Source of the DNA: Dicyema japonicum | Taxonomy: Eukaryota; Animalia; Dicyemida | Assembly: GCA_011109175.1 (NCBI GenBank) | Contig: RDEW01000019.1 | Location: forward strand, 681,482-745,481 | Length of the DNA: 64,000 nucleotides | Direction of reading: 5' to 3' | Shown: in pieces, positions 37,194 to 49,885 of the stretch | Numbering within the stretch: position 1 is the stretch's first letter | Layout of the letters: each line of letters opens with the position of its first letter | Made by a program: the position numbers and the translations under genes | The notes under the pieces: model-generated | What the model saw: only the letters and a program-made list of their open reading frames with translations | Told to the model about the DNA's origin: nothing | The model's database searches: none

Positions 37194-39323
37194 CAGGGAT
37201 TCTCAACGGCGGCCCCCAGGATTTTGATTTTGGTGCGGCCCGCTTAAAATTATAAAAAATTACATATTTTACATAATGCAGCCGGATTTAACAGTGCTTT
37301 TTCTCTTTTGTTTCTTACATTAAACTTTTTTATGGTTAAAAAATTTTTTACATATTTTTAACTATTGTTTTTAAATTAAATATTTTTTGTATTAAATTTT
37401 AATTAATATCGCTTGTGATGTCTGGAAAACGTGTTAAAAGTAATAGAAAAATTATTCAAGAAAATCGTGCACTTAACCCTGAATGGAAGGAACAATTTTT
37501 CGTTTTTGAAGAAAATGGCAAAGAACATTGCCTGATTTGTCATTTTGTTATACGATGTCTTAAGTTATATAATGTCGAGAGGCATTATATGAAACATTCT
37601 TTAGAATATAATTCATTTCAAGTGAATCAAGAAAAATCAAATTTCTATCTATGAAATCAAATCGCAAACTACACACCACTTTGTTTAAACAGCCCATGTC
37701 ATCAAGATCGCTACAATAGCTTTTTTCAAAATATGTCATCTACTTGCAAAAAATATGAATCCGTATTCAGATGGAGAATTTATTAAGCAAGCTATCCTTA
37801 TATTTACTGAAAAATGTTGTCCTTCAGAAATTAAAAAAAATGTTATAAACTTACAGCTAAGCAATGATACAGTTACTAGGAGAATTGAGAGAATATCTGA
37901 CGATATTCAATGCCAATGCCAGCTACTCACTGAATCCAACTTTTTCGTACACTATTCTATTGCTCTTGACATCACTAAAGATATTAGTGATACAGAACAA
38001 ATGGCTGTGTTTATTCGAGGTGTCATGCCTGATTTCAAAATTTATGAAAAATTTCCCACACTACGTAACTTTTATGGTTCTACTAAAGGAGCTGATATAT
38101 TCTGTGAATTTCGTGATTGCCTTGAAAAGGCACATTTGGATCTTTCAAAAATGTTTTCAATTGTCACAGATGGATTTCTTTCTATGGTTGATAGAAAACT
38201 GGGTTTCAAGGTCTCTTAGCTGGATGGCGAGTAGATGATGAGTTGAGTCCTGTGATTTGGCATCACTGCATACTACATCAAGAAAATTTAGCTGAAAATT
38301 CTATGAAAATGGACCATGTAACAGAAACGGTCATTTCAATCGTAAATTTTATTCGCTCTCGTGCTTTAAATCACCGCAATTTTAAGAAATTTCTCGAGGA
38401 TGTTGATGCTGAGTATGGAGATTTGCTCATGCATAAACCGTACGATGGTTGAGTCGGGCAGTATGTCTAAAGAGGTTGTATAAATTTTAAATAAATAGCG
38501 TTTAGATTTTATGATCTTCTCCCGGAGATTATAAATTTTATTGACAATAAGATATTCTATCTTCAGCTTACTGATAAGGAGTGGATTACGGATTTAGCAT
38601 TTACGGTTGATATTTCTACACATTTGTCGATTTTGAATACTTCTCTGCAGGGTAAGAACAAACTATGTCATAAATTATACGGACTGGTTTCTGCATTTAT
38701 CGAAAAATTACACCTTTTCAAAATACAAATTGCAAGTAGAGTTACCATTCATTTTCCAATACTTTCAAACCACAGGGAAGATGGATCATATGAAAAATAT
38801 ACCTCTGTTGTTAGTGACTTAATCGATGAATTCGAAACGTTTTAATGATTTTAAAGAAGCCCTACCTAACAGCTCCATATGTATATCAGCTAAAGCTAAT
38901 TGAAATGCAGGCAGATTTACAACTTAGCGCGCTATTTAAGTCAAGTGAACTATTGTATTTTTAGAGTCGAATTCCAAAATGGAAATATCCGAACTTGGTC
39001 GATAATGCTAAAAAATGCATTAGTCTTCGGATCAAACGTATGCATGTGAAGCTCTTTTCAGTAAACTTACGCGAATAAAAAGTAAGTATCGAAATTGATT
39101 GACTGATGAACACCTAATTCAACTTTTACGTACATCGTCTTCGAACTTTACTCCTCGTTCGCTAAAATAGTAGACGCCAAGCAAAATCAAGTCCACATTG
39201 ATTCTCTTTAGTACGTAATAAAGCCTTTTTTCTCTAATCAAATAAAATATTTTTTTGTGCGGCCCGCAAAGATACTCTTAATTATCGATTTTGCCCTTGA
39301 GCTAAAAAGGTTGAGAACCCCTG
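37194..39323 (+). mobile_element. Full-length but disrupted hAT element (GTF2IRD2/SPIN-like), inserted in an RTE fragment
   Basis: TIRs CAGGGATTCTCAAC / GTTGAGAACCCCTG; perfect TSD GTCCAAAC. Motifs PYSDGEFIK, YSIALDITKDISDTEQMAVFIRGV, HCILHQENL, NFIRSRALNHR. Confidence 0.95.
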
Positions 39324-39699
39324 GTCCAAACCATTGATAAGCTGATCCTTGGTTGTCTACAGAATCGGGGAGCGTCTGAAGTGAAGAAATCTATCAGACC
39401 ACGCTTGTTTAGATTCTTGGTCCATTCGCAATACATGTCCAAAGAGCTTCCATTATATTTCGAGCAGCTCATCCCCTCGTATATTCTTCTATTTGATATT
39501 CTCAGGGTCCATGGTAGGATAATGTTTGTTTCAAATGGACGATTATGGATGTGAATGTTTAATACAACAAACTCTAACTACGAAAGTGGACATGTTAGTC
39601 AGTTAGTTAAGTTACCTCGTCTCACCAACTTGTAGGAGACTAGCAGCTATTATATATGAGTAGTCTTTGAGCTTGGAAAAGATTAATTTTTTGGGAAGA

Positions 39700-40600
39700 T
39701 TTGTTCCCTGTAAAAGGACGATATCAATATTGGAAATAAAAAAATACAAAAAGTTCAGTGGATTCGTGTAAGGTCCGTTTATGTCGAATTAAATGATGCT
39801 CAGGAATTTATCTTTTTGTTGGATCCGGCAAATGAAAACATTAAAACTAGCCACAATATCCTGAAAAGTAGCCTCAGAGTAGACAGCGGCTGTAATTTTA
39901 TGCCAAATTGATAAGTGAAATTGGCAAAAGCTTGCAGTTTTGAGGTTACCACTTCATTGACATTATCAACCTCGTTTAAGTAAGAATTACCAGTCGCTTC
40001 ATTTAGCAGCTTCACTTTTTCATAAAATTTTAACAAACCTGCTTTTTCAATTTTTGAGCGCAGTTTCCGCCGTGGCGTTTTGACGAATTTGATTTTGCGT
40101 GATTTTCCAAAGAGATGTGTCAGTTAAAGAAATCTCACAGGAGATATTAAGCTGAGAAAAGCATCGGAAATTCCAACAATGCAATAACTACATAAAACAC
40201 ATAAAATTACTGCAATTTTACGTGAAAAGAATTAGCATAGGGAAATATCCTTATTAATGCACGTGCTGTTGATTGAATATATTTTCCTGCTTTCTGAGTT
40301 TTCTAAAATGATTTATTCTTCAGTTATATCGATGTCAATTGTTGCGAGTTTGAACTTTGTGAGGACCGCGATGTAGCCTTTAGAGGGGGTCTCAGACCAC
40401 GTAAAAATAGAATTGACTAGAATAAGGCAAAAACAATTTACAGGTAACCCTATTAAGAAGAGATAACCGAGAACTAAAATCGAAGATATATAAGAGCTTC
40501 ATAAAAACGTCATAACAACTCATTGGCAGAATACAGTCCACGAGACATGTTGGAAGGTGGTTTTGCATATCGCATTCATAGGGATATTCTAAAATATCAA
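39700..40600 (-). other. Possible degraded or intron-rich membrane-protein gene
   Basis: Hydrophobic segments (LGYLFLIGLPVNCFCLILV; LLFRILWLVLMFSF) and GT..AG candidates. Could not be assembled. Confidence 0.25.
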
Positions 40601-40681
40601 AATAAAATAGTAAAGTTAATAAATTAGCAAAAAATATTATTCGCGTAAAAATTATTATTTAAGCAAAATTATTTAAAAATT

Positions 40682-40738
40682 GGCTGCACATGCGTGGGCT
40701 ATAAATATTATGGCTCTCGTGAAAGCGCTAATAATAAT
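40682..40738 (+). mobile_element. Very short RTE 3' tail copy
   Basis: GGCTGCACATGCGTGGGCTATAAATATTATGGCTCTCGTGAAAGCGC(TAA)n. Confidence 0.8.
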
Positions 40739-41089
40739 ATTTGAAAAATAACTACAAAATTACCAGTAATTTGCCAAAATAATAATAAATTTTTATAGAA
40801 AGAGGATAGATCATGGAAAGATGGGCCCAAAATAAAGCAATGCTTTCCAAAATATTACCTACCAGAAGTATCTCTGAATTCGTTCTGAGAGCTTATCAAG
40901 CCTTTTAATAAATAAGTTAGATAAAAGCACTTTCGCGTTCTCCCATAAATATGTGATTACTCAAGGTTTCGCTTGTGGTAAACTCGCTACTATCCATTCT
41001 ACTAGTTCCTCAATGTAGAATGGACAGAGTGAGAATACAACTAGAGAAGTGTCAGCCACTCAAAAGCATAGTTATTTTTCATAAAATAA

Positions 41090-41555
41090 TTAATTGGCGA
41101 TGCAAGAAAACGAGCTGTGGAAGAACTCAAAATATTAAAATGAATTTATTGGTAGCAGTCTGCCAGGACTATTAAAATCGGAAGCTTCATCGTCAGTCAT
41201 GAGATTCCAAAAATAGGAATAGCCATTCACAGATGTTGAATACAAATCCTGTTTTCTAAAATTGTCACAATAACTATTCCAAAGTTTTACAAATAAAACA
41301 GAGATTTTAAATCAAATTAAAAATACACCGTTATCCGCAATTGTGAATAAAACGGATAAGATGTCTTGCAATGTGAAGATAAAACAAGTTGAAGACCTTA
41401 AATAGCTTCTGCAATTTCACTATTGGCGGAAGAAATGCATGGTCAATTATCTCATTAATTAGATTAAATATAATTTGTTATATTTTATTATTTAAAAAAA
41501 GCTCTCCAATTTTTTAATTGCCAAAAAACCAAAAATTGGCTCTTTAGCTTAAAAG
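41090..41555 (+). mobile_element. hAT remnant, duplicate of 29870-30140 and extending further
   Basis: Nearly the same sequence as 29870-30140; continues MSCNVKIKQVEDLK and has a subterminal GGCTCTTT..AAAAGGTT motif. Confidence 0.65.
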
Positions 41556-42084
41556 GTTACAGCAGAATAATACTACAGTTTACGAAGAGCCATATTATCA
41601 ATAGCTATTGCCAGACAGGAGACACAGAATTTATTTAAGGAAAGAACAGTAATGATAACTAATCTATAAGGGAGAATAAGGAATTCACTTCACTTATGTC
41701 TTCTTTTTGTTGTGTAAGTCTTTTTGTAGAAGATTCAGTTCCAAAATAAGATGTTCACTGATAACGGCGGATTCGTCAACCGAAAAGATAGTTAACGAAA
41801 CAAAAATTGTGCAATTTTATCATTTTTAAGTGAATACAAGATAAATGCGAAAAGTAAAAGTTTAGAAAAGTAGAACAGAATTACAGTAGAAAACAGACGA
41901 TGTAATGAACGTAAATTATAATAATTAAGGAAACATAAAATTAGAGAAATATAGACAAAGAAAGACATCAATGAATGTTTTTTTAAAAAAAGATCGATAA
42001 AGAAAAATATACTGATGTATTAATTTTGAAAAATTAAGTTTAGTTAAACTTATATTCTAACGAAAAGAAACTAATTAATTATTG

Positions 42085-45000
42085 TTAATTATGAATTTCG
42101 ATGTCGATTGTATCGCTTTGCTGATCATTATCAATAGCTTCTATAGATTCTTCATCGATGGTTGAAGGTAAATTTGAACATACATTTATTGAATGAACGA
42201 CATGGTCCGATTGATTTTCTTCATCGGAGGAAAAAAGGTTTAATTGAAATTTCAAAATTTACTTCGACATTCTCATTATAAGAAGACGTATTAAAATCAT
42301 TTTCATCTATTGTAATCCCAGATGTTTGTTCAATTTGATTTTCAATTAATGTAGTCATGTTCATATCAGAAATAAATTTATCTCCAGAGTTATTATATTG
42401 ATTTGAATCACTGATATCGTCATCATAACATTTTTACCTTGTTTTTAGTGCATTATCGTTTGTTGTACTGTATTGTTGATTAAATCGCTCATTTGATTCT
42501 TGGCTGATGATGAAGGGTATAATTGATGGACAGTTAATATAAGAGTGATTTTTTTCAAATGTTGATGTTTCGATAAATTGTTCTTCACCAGTTTCTTCTA
42601 AATTTTCATAATAGCCTGATATTTTATGTGCATTAATTTCGTCAGTTTCATTATTTTGAAAATCATTTAGTGTAGTCATTTTCAGATCAGAAATAACTTT
42701 ATCTCCAGAGTTATTAAATTCATTTGAATCACTGATATCGTCATCATAACATTTTTACCTTGTTTTTAGTGCATTATCGTTTGTTGTACTGTATTGTTTA
42801 ATAAATCGCTCATTAGATTCTTGGCTGATGATGAAGGGTATAATTGATGGACAGTTAATATAAGAGTGATTTTTTTCAAATGTTGATGTTTCGATAAATT
42901 GTTCTTCACCAGTTTCTTCTAAATTTTCATAATTGCCTGATATTTTATGTGCATTAATTTCGTCAGTTTCATTATTTTGAAAATCATTTAGTGTAGTCAA
43001 TTTTCAGATCAGAAATAACTTTATCTCCAGAGTTATTATTTGATTTGAATCACTGATATCGTCATCATAACATTTTTACCTTGTTTTAGTGCATTATCGT
43101 TTGTTGTACTGTATTGTTTAATAAATCGCTCATTAGATTCTTGGCTGATGATGAAGGGTATAATTGATGGACAGTTAATATAAGAGTGATTTTTTTCAAA
43201 TGTTGATGTTTCGATAAATTGTTCTTCACCAGTTTCTTCTAAATTCTCATAATTGCCTGATATTTTATGTGCATTAATTTCGTCAGTTTCATTATTTTGA
43301 AAATCATTTAATGTAGTCATTTTCAGATCAGAAATAACTTTATCTCCAGAGTTATTAGTTTGATTTGAATCACTGATATCGTCATCATAACATTTTTACC
43401 TTGTTTTTAGTGCATTATCGTTTGTTGTACTGTATTGTTTAATAAATCGCTCATTAGATTCTTGGCTGATGATGAAGGGTATAATTGATGGACAGTTAAT
43501 ATAAGAGTGATTTTTTTCAAATGTTGATGTTTCGATAAATTGTTCTTCACCAGTTTCTTCTAAATTCTCATAATTGCCTGATATTTTATGTGCATTAATT
43601 TCGTCAGTTTCATTATTTTGAAAATCATTTATGTAGTCATTTTCAGATCAGAAATAACTTTATCTCCAGAGTTATTAGTTTGATTTGAATCACTGATATC
43701 GTCATCATAACATTTTTACCTTGTTTTTAGTGCATTATCGTTTGTTGTACTGTATTGTTTAATAAATCGCTCATTAGATTCTTGGCTGATGATGAAGGGT
43801 ATAATTGATGGACAGTTAATATAAGAGTGATTTTTTTCAAATGTTGATGTTTCGATAAATTGTTCTTCACCAGTTTCTTCTAAATTCTCATAATTGCCTG
43901 ATATTTTATGTGCATTAATTTCGTCAGTTTCATTATTTTGAAAATCATTTAATGTAGTCATTTTCAGATCAGAAATAACTTTATCTCCAGAGTTATTAGT
44001 TTGATTTGAATCACTGATATCGTCATCATAACATTTTTACCTTGTTTTTAGTGCATTATCGTTTGTTGTACTGTATTGTTTAATAAATCGCTCATTAGAT
44101 TCTTGGCTGATGATGAAGGGTATAATTGATGGACAGTTAATATAAGAGTGATTTTTTTTCAAATGTTGATGTTTCGATAAATTGTTCTTCACCAGTTTCT
44201 TCTAAATTCTCATAATTGCCTGATATTTTATGTGCATTAATTTCGTCAGTTTCATTATTTTGAAAATCATTTATGTAGTCATTTTCAGATCAGAAATAAC
44301 TTTATCTCCAGAGTTATTAGTTTGATTTGAATCACTGATATCGTCATCATAACATTTTTACCTTGTTTTTAGTGCATTATCGTTTGTTGTACTGTATTGT
44401 TTAATAAATCGCTCATTAGATTCTTGGCTGATGATGAAGGGTATAATTGATGGACAGTTAATATAAGAGTGATTTTTTTCAAATGTTGATGTTTCGATAA
44501 ATTGTTCTTCACCAGTTTCTTCTAAATTCTCATAATTGCCTGATATTTTATGTGCATTAATTTCGTCAGTTTCATTATTTGAAAATCATTTAATGTAGTC
44601 ATTTTCAGATCAGAAATAACTTTATCTCCAGAGTTATTAGTTTGATTTGAATCACTGATATCGTCATCATAACATTTTTACCTTGTTTTTAGTGCATTAT
44701 CGTTTGTTGTACTGTATTGTTTAATAAATCGCTCATTAGATTCTTGGCTGATGATGAAGGGTATAATTGATGGACAGTTAATATAAGAGTGATTTTTTTC
44801 AAATGTTGATGTTTCGATAAATTGTTCTTCACCAGTTTCTTCTAAATTCTCATAATTGCCTGATATTTTATGTGCATTAATTTCGTCAGTTTCATTATTT
44901 GAAAATCATTTAGTGTAGTCATTTTCAGATCAGAAATAACTTTATCTCCAGAGTTATTAGTTTGATTTGAATCACTGATATCGTCATCATAACATTTTTA

Positions 45001-48000
45001 CCTTGTTTTTAGTGCATTATCGTTTGTTGTACTGTATTGTTTAATAAATCGCTCATTAGATTCTTGGCTGATGATGAAGGGTATAATTGATGGACAGTTA
45101 ATATAAGAGTGATTTTTTTCAAATGTTGATGTTTCGATAAATTGTTCTTCACCAGTTTCTTCTAAATTCTCATAATTGCCTGATATTTTATGTGCATTAA
45201 TTTCGTCAGTTTCATTATTTGAAAATCATTTAGTGTAGTCATTTTCAGATCAGAAATAACTTTATCTCCAGAGTTATTAGTTTGATTTGAATCACTGATA
45301 TCGTCATCATAACATTTTTACCTTGTTTTTAGTGCATTATCGTTTGTTGTACTGTATTGTTTAATAAATCGCTCATTAGATTCTTGGCTGATGATGAAGG
45401 GTATAATTGATGGACAGTTAATATAAGAGTGATTTTTTTCAAATGTTGATGTTTCGATAAATTGTTCTTCAACAGTTTCTTCTAAATTCTCATAATTGCC
45501 TGATATTTTATGTGCGTTATTTTCTTCAGTTTCTTTATTTTGAACTTCATTTAATGTAGTCATGTTCATATCAGAAATAACTTTATCTCCAGATTTAATA
45601 GTTTCATTTGAATCACTGATATCGTCATCATAAAATTTTTACCTTGTTTTTATTTCATTTTCGCTTGTTCTACTGTATTGTTGATTAATTTGCTCATTTG
45701 ATTCTTCGCTGATGTTAGAAGGTAGATTTGATGTAGAGCAAATATCTGAGGAATTTTTGACAAATGTTGATGTTTCGATTGATAGTTCTTCAACTGTTTC
45801 TTCTACATTCTCAAAACAGACAGATGTTATATGTGCGTTATTTTCTTCAGTTTCTTTATTTTGAACTTCATTTAATGTAGTCATGTTCATATCAGAAATA
45901 ACTTTATCTCCAGATTTATTAGTTTCATTTGAATCACTGATATCGTCATCATAAAATTTTTACCTTGTTTTTATTTCATTTTCGCTTGTTGTACTGTATT
46001 GTTGATTAATTTGCTCATTTGATTCTTCGCTGATGTTGAAGGGTAGATTTGATGTAGAGCTAATATCTGAGGAATTTTTGTCAAATGTTGATGTTTTCGA
46101 TAAATTGTTCTTCACCAGTTTCTTCTAAATTCTCATAATGCCTGATATTTTATGACTGCGTTATTTTCTTCAGTTTCTTTATTTTGAACTTCATTTAATG
46201 TAGTCATGTTCATATCAGAAATAACTTTATCTCCAGATTTATTAGTTTCATTTGAATCACTGATATCGTCATCATAAAATTTTTACCTTGTTTTTATTTC
46301 ATTTTCGCTTGTTGTACTGTATTGTTGATTAATTTGCTCATTTGATTCTTCGCTGATGTTAGAAGGTAGATTTGATGTAGAGCAAATATCTGAGGAATTT
46401 TTGTCAAATGTTGATGTTTCGATTGATAGTTCTTCAACTGTTTCTTCTACATTCTCATAATTGCCTGATATTTTATGTGCATTAATTTCGTCAGTTTCAT
46501 TATTTTGAAAATCATTTAGTGTAGTCATTTTCAGATCAGAAATAACTTTATCTCCAGAGTTATTAGTTTGATTTGAATCACTGATATCGTCATCATAAAA
46601 TTTTTACCTTGTTTTTATTTCATTTTCGCTTGTTGTACTGTATTGTTGATTAATTTGCTCATTTGATTCTTCGCTGATGATGAAGGGTATAATTGATGGA
46701 CAGTTAATATAAGAGTGATTTTTTTCAAATGTTGATGTTTCGATAAATTGTTCTTCACCAGTTTCTTCTAAATTCTCATAATTGCCTGATATTTTATGTG
46801 CATTAATTTCGTCAGTTTCATTATTTTTGAAAATCATTTAGTGTAGTCATTTTCAGATCAGAAATAACTTTATTATAGTAAGTATTAGTATTGATTTGAA
46901 TCACTGATATCGTCATCATAACATTTTTACCTTGTTTTTAGTGCATTATCGTTTGTTGTACTGTATTGTTTAATAAATCGCTCATTAGATTCTTGGCTGA
47001 TGATGAAGGGTATAATTGATGGACAGTTAATATAGAGTGATTTTTTTCAAATGTTGATGTTTCGATAAATTGTTCTTCACCAGTTTCTTTCTAAATTCTC
47101 ATAATTGCCTGATATTTTATGTGCATTAATTTCGTCAGTTTCATTATTTTTGAAAATCATTTAGTTGTAGTCATTTTCAGATCAGAAATAACTTTATCTC
47201 CAGAGTTATTAGTTTGATTTGAATCACTGATATCGTCATCATAACATTTTTACCTTGTTTTTAGTGCATTATCGTTTGTTGTACTGTATTGTTTAATAAA
47301 TCGCTCATTAGATTCTTGGCTGATGATGAAGGGTATAATTGATGGACAGTTAATATAAGAGTGATTTTTTTCAAATGTTGATGTTTCGATAAATTGTTCT
47401 TCACCAGTTTCTTCTAAATTCTCATAATTGCCTGATATTTTATGTGCATTAATTTCGTCAGTTTCATTATTTTGAAAATCATTTAGTGTAGTCATTTTCA
47501 GATCAGAAATAACTTTATCTCCAGAGTTATTAAATTCATTTGAATCACTGATATCGTCATCATAACATTTTTACCTTGTTTTTAGTGCATTATCGTTTGT
47601 TGTACTGTATTGTTTAATAAATCGCTCATTAGATTCTTGGCTGATGATGAAGGGTATAATTGATGGACAGTTAATATAAGAGTGATTTTTTTCAAATGTT
47701 GATGTTTCGATAAATTGTTCTTCACCAGTTTCTTCTAAATTCTCATAATTGCCTGATATTTTATGTGCATTAATTTCGTCAGTTTCATTATTTTGAAAAT
47801 CATTTAGTGTAGTCATTTTCAGATCAGAAAATAACTTTATCTCCAGAGTTATTAAATTCATTTGAATCACTGATATCGTCATCATAACATTTTTACCTTG
47901 TTTTTTAGTGCATTATCGTTTGTTGTACTGTATTGTTTAATAAATCGCTCATTAGATTCTTGGCTGATGATGAAGGGTATAATTGATGGACAGTTAATAT

Positions 48001-49885
48001 AAGAGTGATTTTTTTCAAATGTTGATGTTTCGATAAATTGTTCTTCACCAGTTTCTTCTAAATTTTCATAATAACCTGATATTTTATGTGCATTAATTTC
48101 GTCAGTTTCATTATTTTGAAAATCATTTAATGTAGTCATTTTCAGATCAGAAATAACTTTATCTCCAGAGTTATTAAATTCATTTGAATCACTGATATCG
48201 TCATCATAACATTTTTACTTGTTTTTAGTGCATTATCGTTGTGTTGTACTGTATTGTTTAATAAATCGCTCATTAGATTCTTGGCTGATGATGAAGGGTA
48301 TAATTGATGGACAGTTAATATAAGAGTGATTTTTTTCAAATGTTGATGTTTCGATAAATTGTTCTTCACCAGTTTTCTTCTAAATTCTCATAATTGCCTG
48401 ATATTTTTATGTGCATTAATTTCGTCAGTTTCATTATTTTGAAAATCATTTATGTAGTCATTTTCAGATCAGAAATAACTTTATCTCCAGAGTTATTAGT
48501 TTCATTTGAATCACTGATATCGTCATCATAACATTTTACCTTGTTTTTAGTGCATTATCGTTTGTTGTACTGTATTGTTTAATAAATCGCTCATTAGATT
48601 CTTGGCTGATGATGAAGGGTATAATTGATGGACAGTTAATATAAGAGTGATTTTTTTCAAATGTTGATGTTTCGATAAATTGTTCTTCACCAGTTTCTTC
48701 TAAATTCTCATAATTGCCTGATATTTTATGTGCATTAATTCGTCAGTTTCATTATTTTGAAAATCATTTAGTGTAGTCATTTTCAGATCAGAAATAACTT
48801 TATCTCCAGAGTTATTAGTTTTTATTCGAATCACTCAAATATTCATATGATTGGACGGAATCCGAGGAATTTCCTGGAGCCATACTTTCGTTTGAGAAAT
48901 AACTCTTTGAATTTTCAAATACATTTCCTGTACTTATTGTATTTTTCAAATATTCATTTGATTGTTCGAAATCTGAATAATTTTCTGGAAGCGAACTTAT
49001 GCTTGATAATTGACTCTTCGAATTTTCAAATACATTTCCTTTACTCATAGCACCTTTCAAATATTCACATGATTGGACTGAATCCGAGGAATTTCCTGAG
49101 GCAAACTTTCGTTTGAAAAAGAACTCTTTGATTTTTCAATTACATTTCCTGTACTCATTGGACCTTTCAAATATTCATTTGATTGGGAAGAATTTCCTGG
49201 AGGCGAACTTATGCTTGATAAATGACTTTTTGAATTTTCAAATAAATTTCCTGTACTCATAGGACCTTTCAAATATTCATATGATTGGACGGAATCCGAA
49301 GAATTTCCTGGAGGTAAACTTTCGTTTGAGAAATAACTCATTGAATTTTCAAATACATTTCCTGTACTCATAGGACCTTTCAAATATTCATATGATTGGA
49401 CGGAATCCGAGGAATTTCCTGGAGGCAAACTTTCGTTTGAGAAATAACTCTTTGAATTTTCAGATCATTTCCTGTATTCATTGGACCTTTCAAATATTCA
49501 TTTGATTGGGCGAAATCTGAAGAATTTTCTGGAGGCGAACTTATGCTTGATAAATGACTCTTTGAATTTCCACATACATTTCCTGTAATCATAGCACCTT
49601 TCAAATATTCACATGATTGGACGGAATCCGAGGAATTTCCTGGAGGCAAACTTTCGTTTGAGAAAGAATTCTTTGAATTTTCAAATACATTTCCTGTATT
49701 CATTGGACCTTTCAAATATTCATTTGATTGGAAGAATTTCCTGGAGGCGAACTTATGCTTGATAAATGACTTTTTGAATTTTCAAATACATTTCCTGTAC
49801 TCATTGGACCTTTCAAATATTCATATGATTGAACGGAATCTGAAGAATTTCCTGGAGGCGAGCTTACGTTTGATAAATGACTCAT
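42085..49885 (-). CDS. Giant repeat-protein gene B (about 9 x 37-aa plus 20 x 98-aa spliced units plus terminal module), predicted
   Basis: Paralogue of gene A. Each 321-bp unit is open except for one TAA inside a 27-nt GT..AG segment and scattered homopolymer indels. Terminal exon ends IEIHN* at 42085. Start codon unresolved. Confidence 0.55.
42350..48835. repeat. 321-bp tandem array, 20 units
   Basis: Marker ctgatatcgtcatcata counted 20 times from 42411 to about 48515, at a spacing of 320-324 bp. Confidence 0.97.
48835..49885. repeat. 111-bp tandem array (about 9 units, two shortened)
   Basis: Same unit family as 30960-32075. Confidence 0.95.

Noticed and set aside
40682-40738. Hammerhead ribozyme in the RTE 3' tail (hairpin followed by GAAA)
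   Set aside because: It lacks the CUGANGA core and a third stem; treated as a LINE 3' stem-loop instead.
42434-48540. TAA reassigned to Gln (ciliate/diplomonad code) to explain the in-frame TAA in each repeat unit
   Set aside because: Angel and BRK1 end in TAA at the expected positions, and a 349-codon AT-rich ORF contains no TAA or TAG. A micro-intron explains the repeat TAA without recoding.
30960-49885. CRISPR-like or spacer-containing arrays
   Set aside because: Units are contiguous with no unique spacers, have lengths divisible by three and lie in a eukaryotic context with no cas genes.
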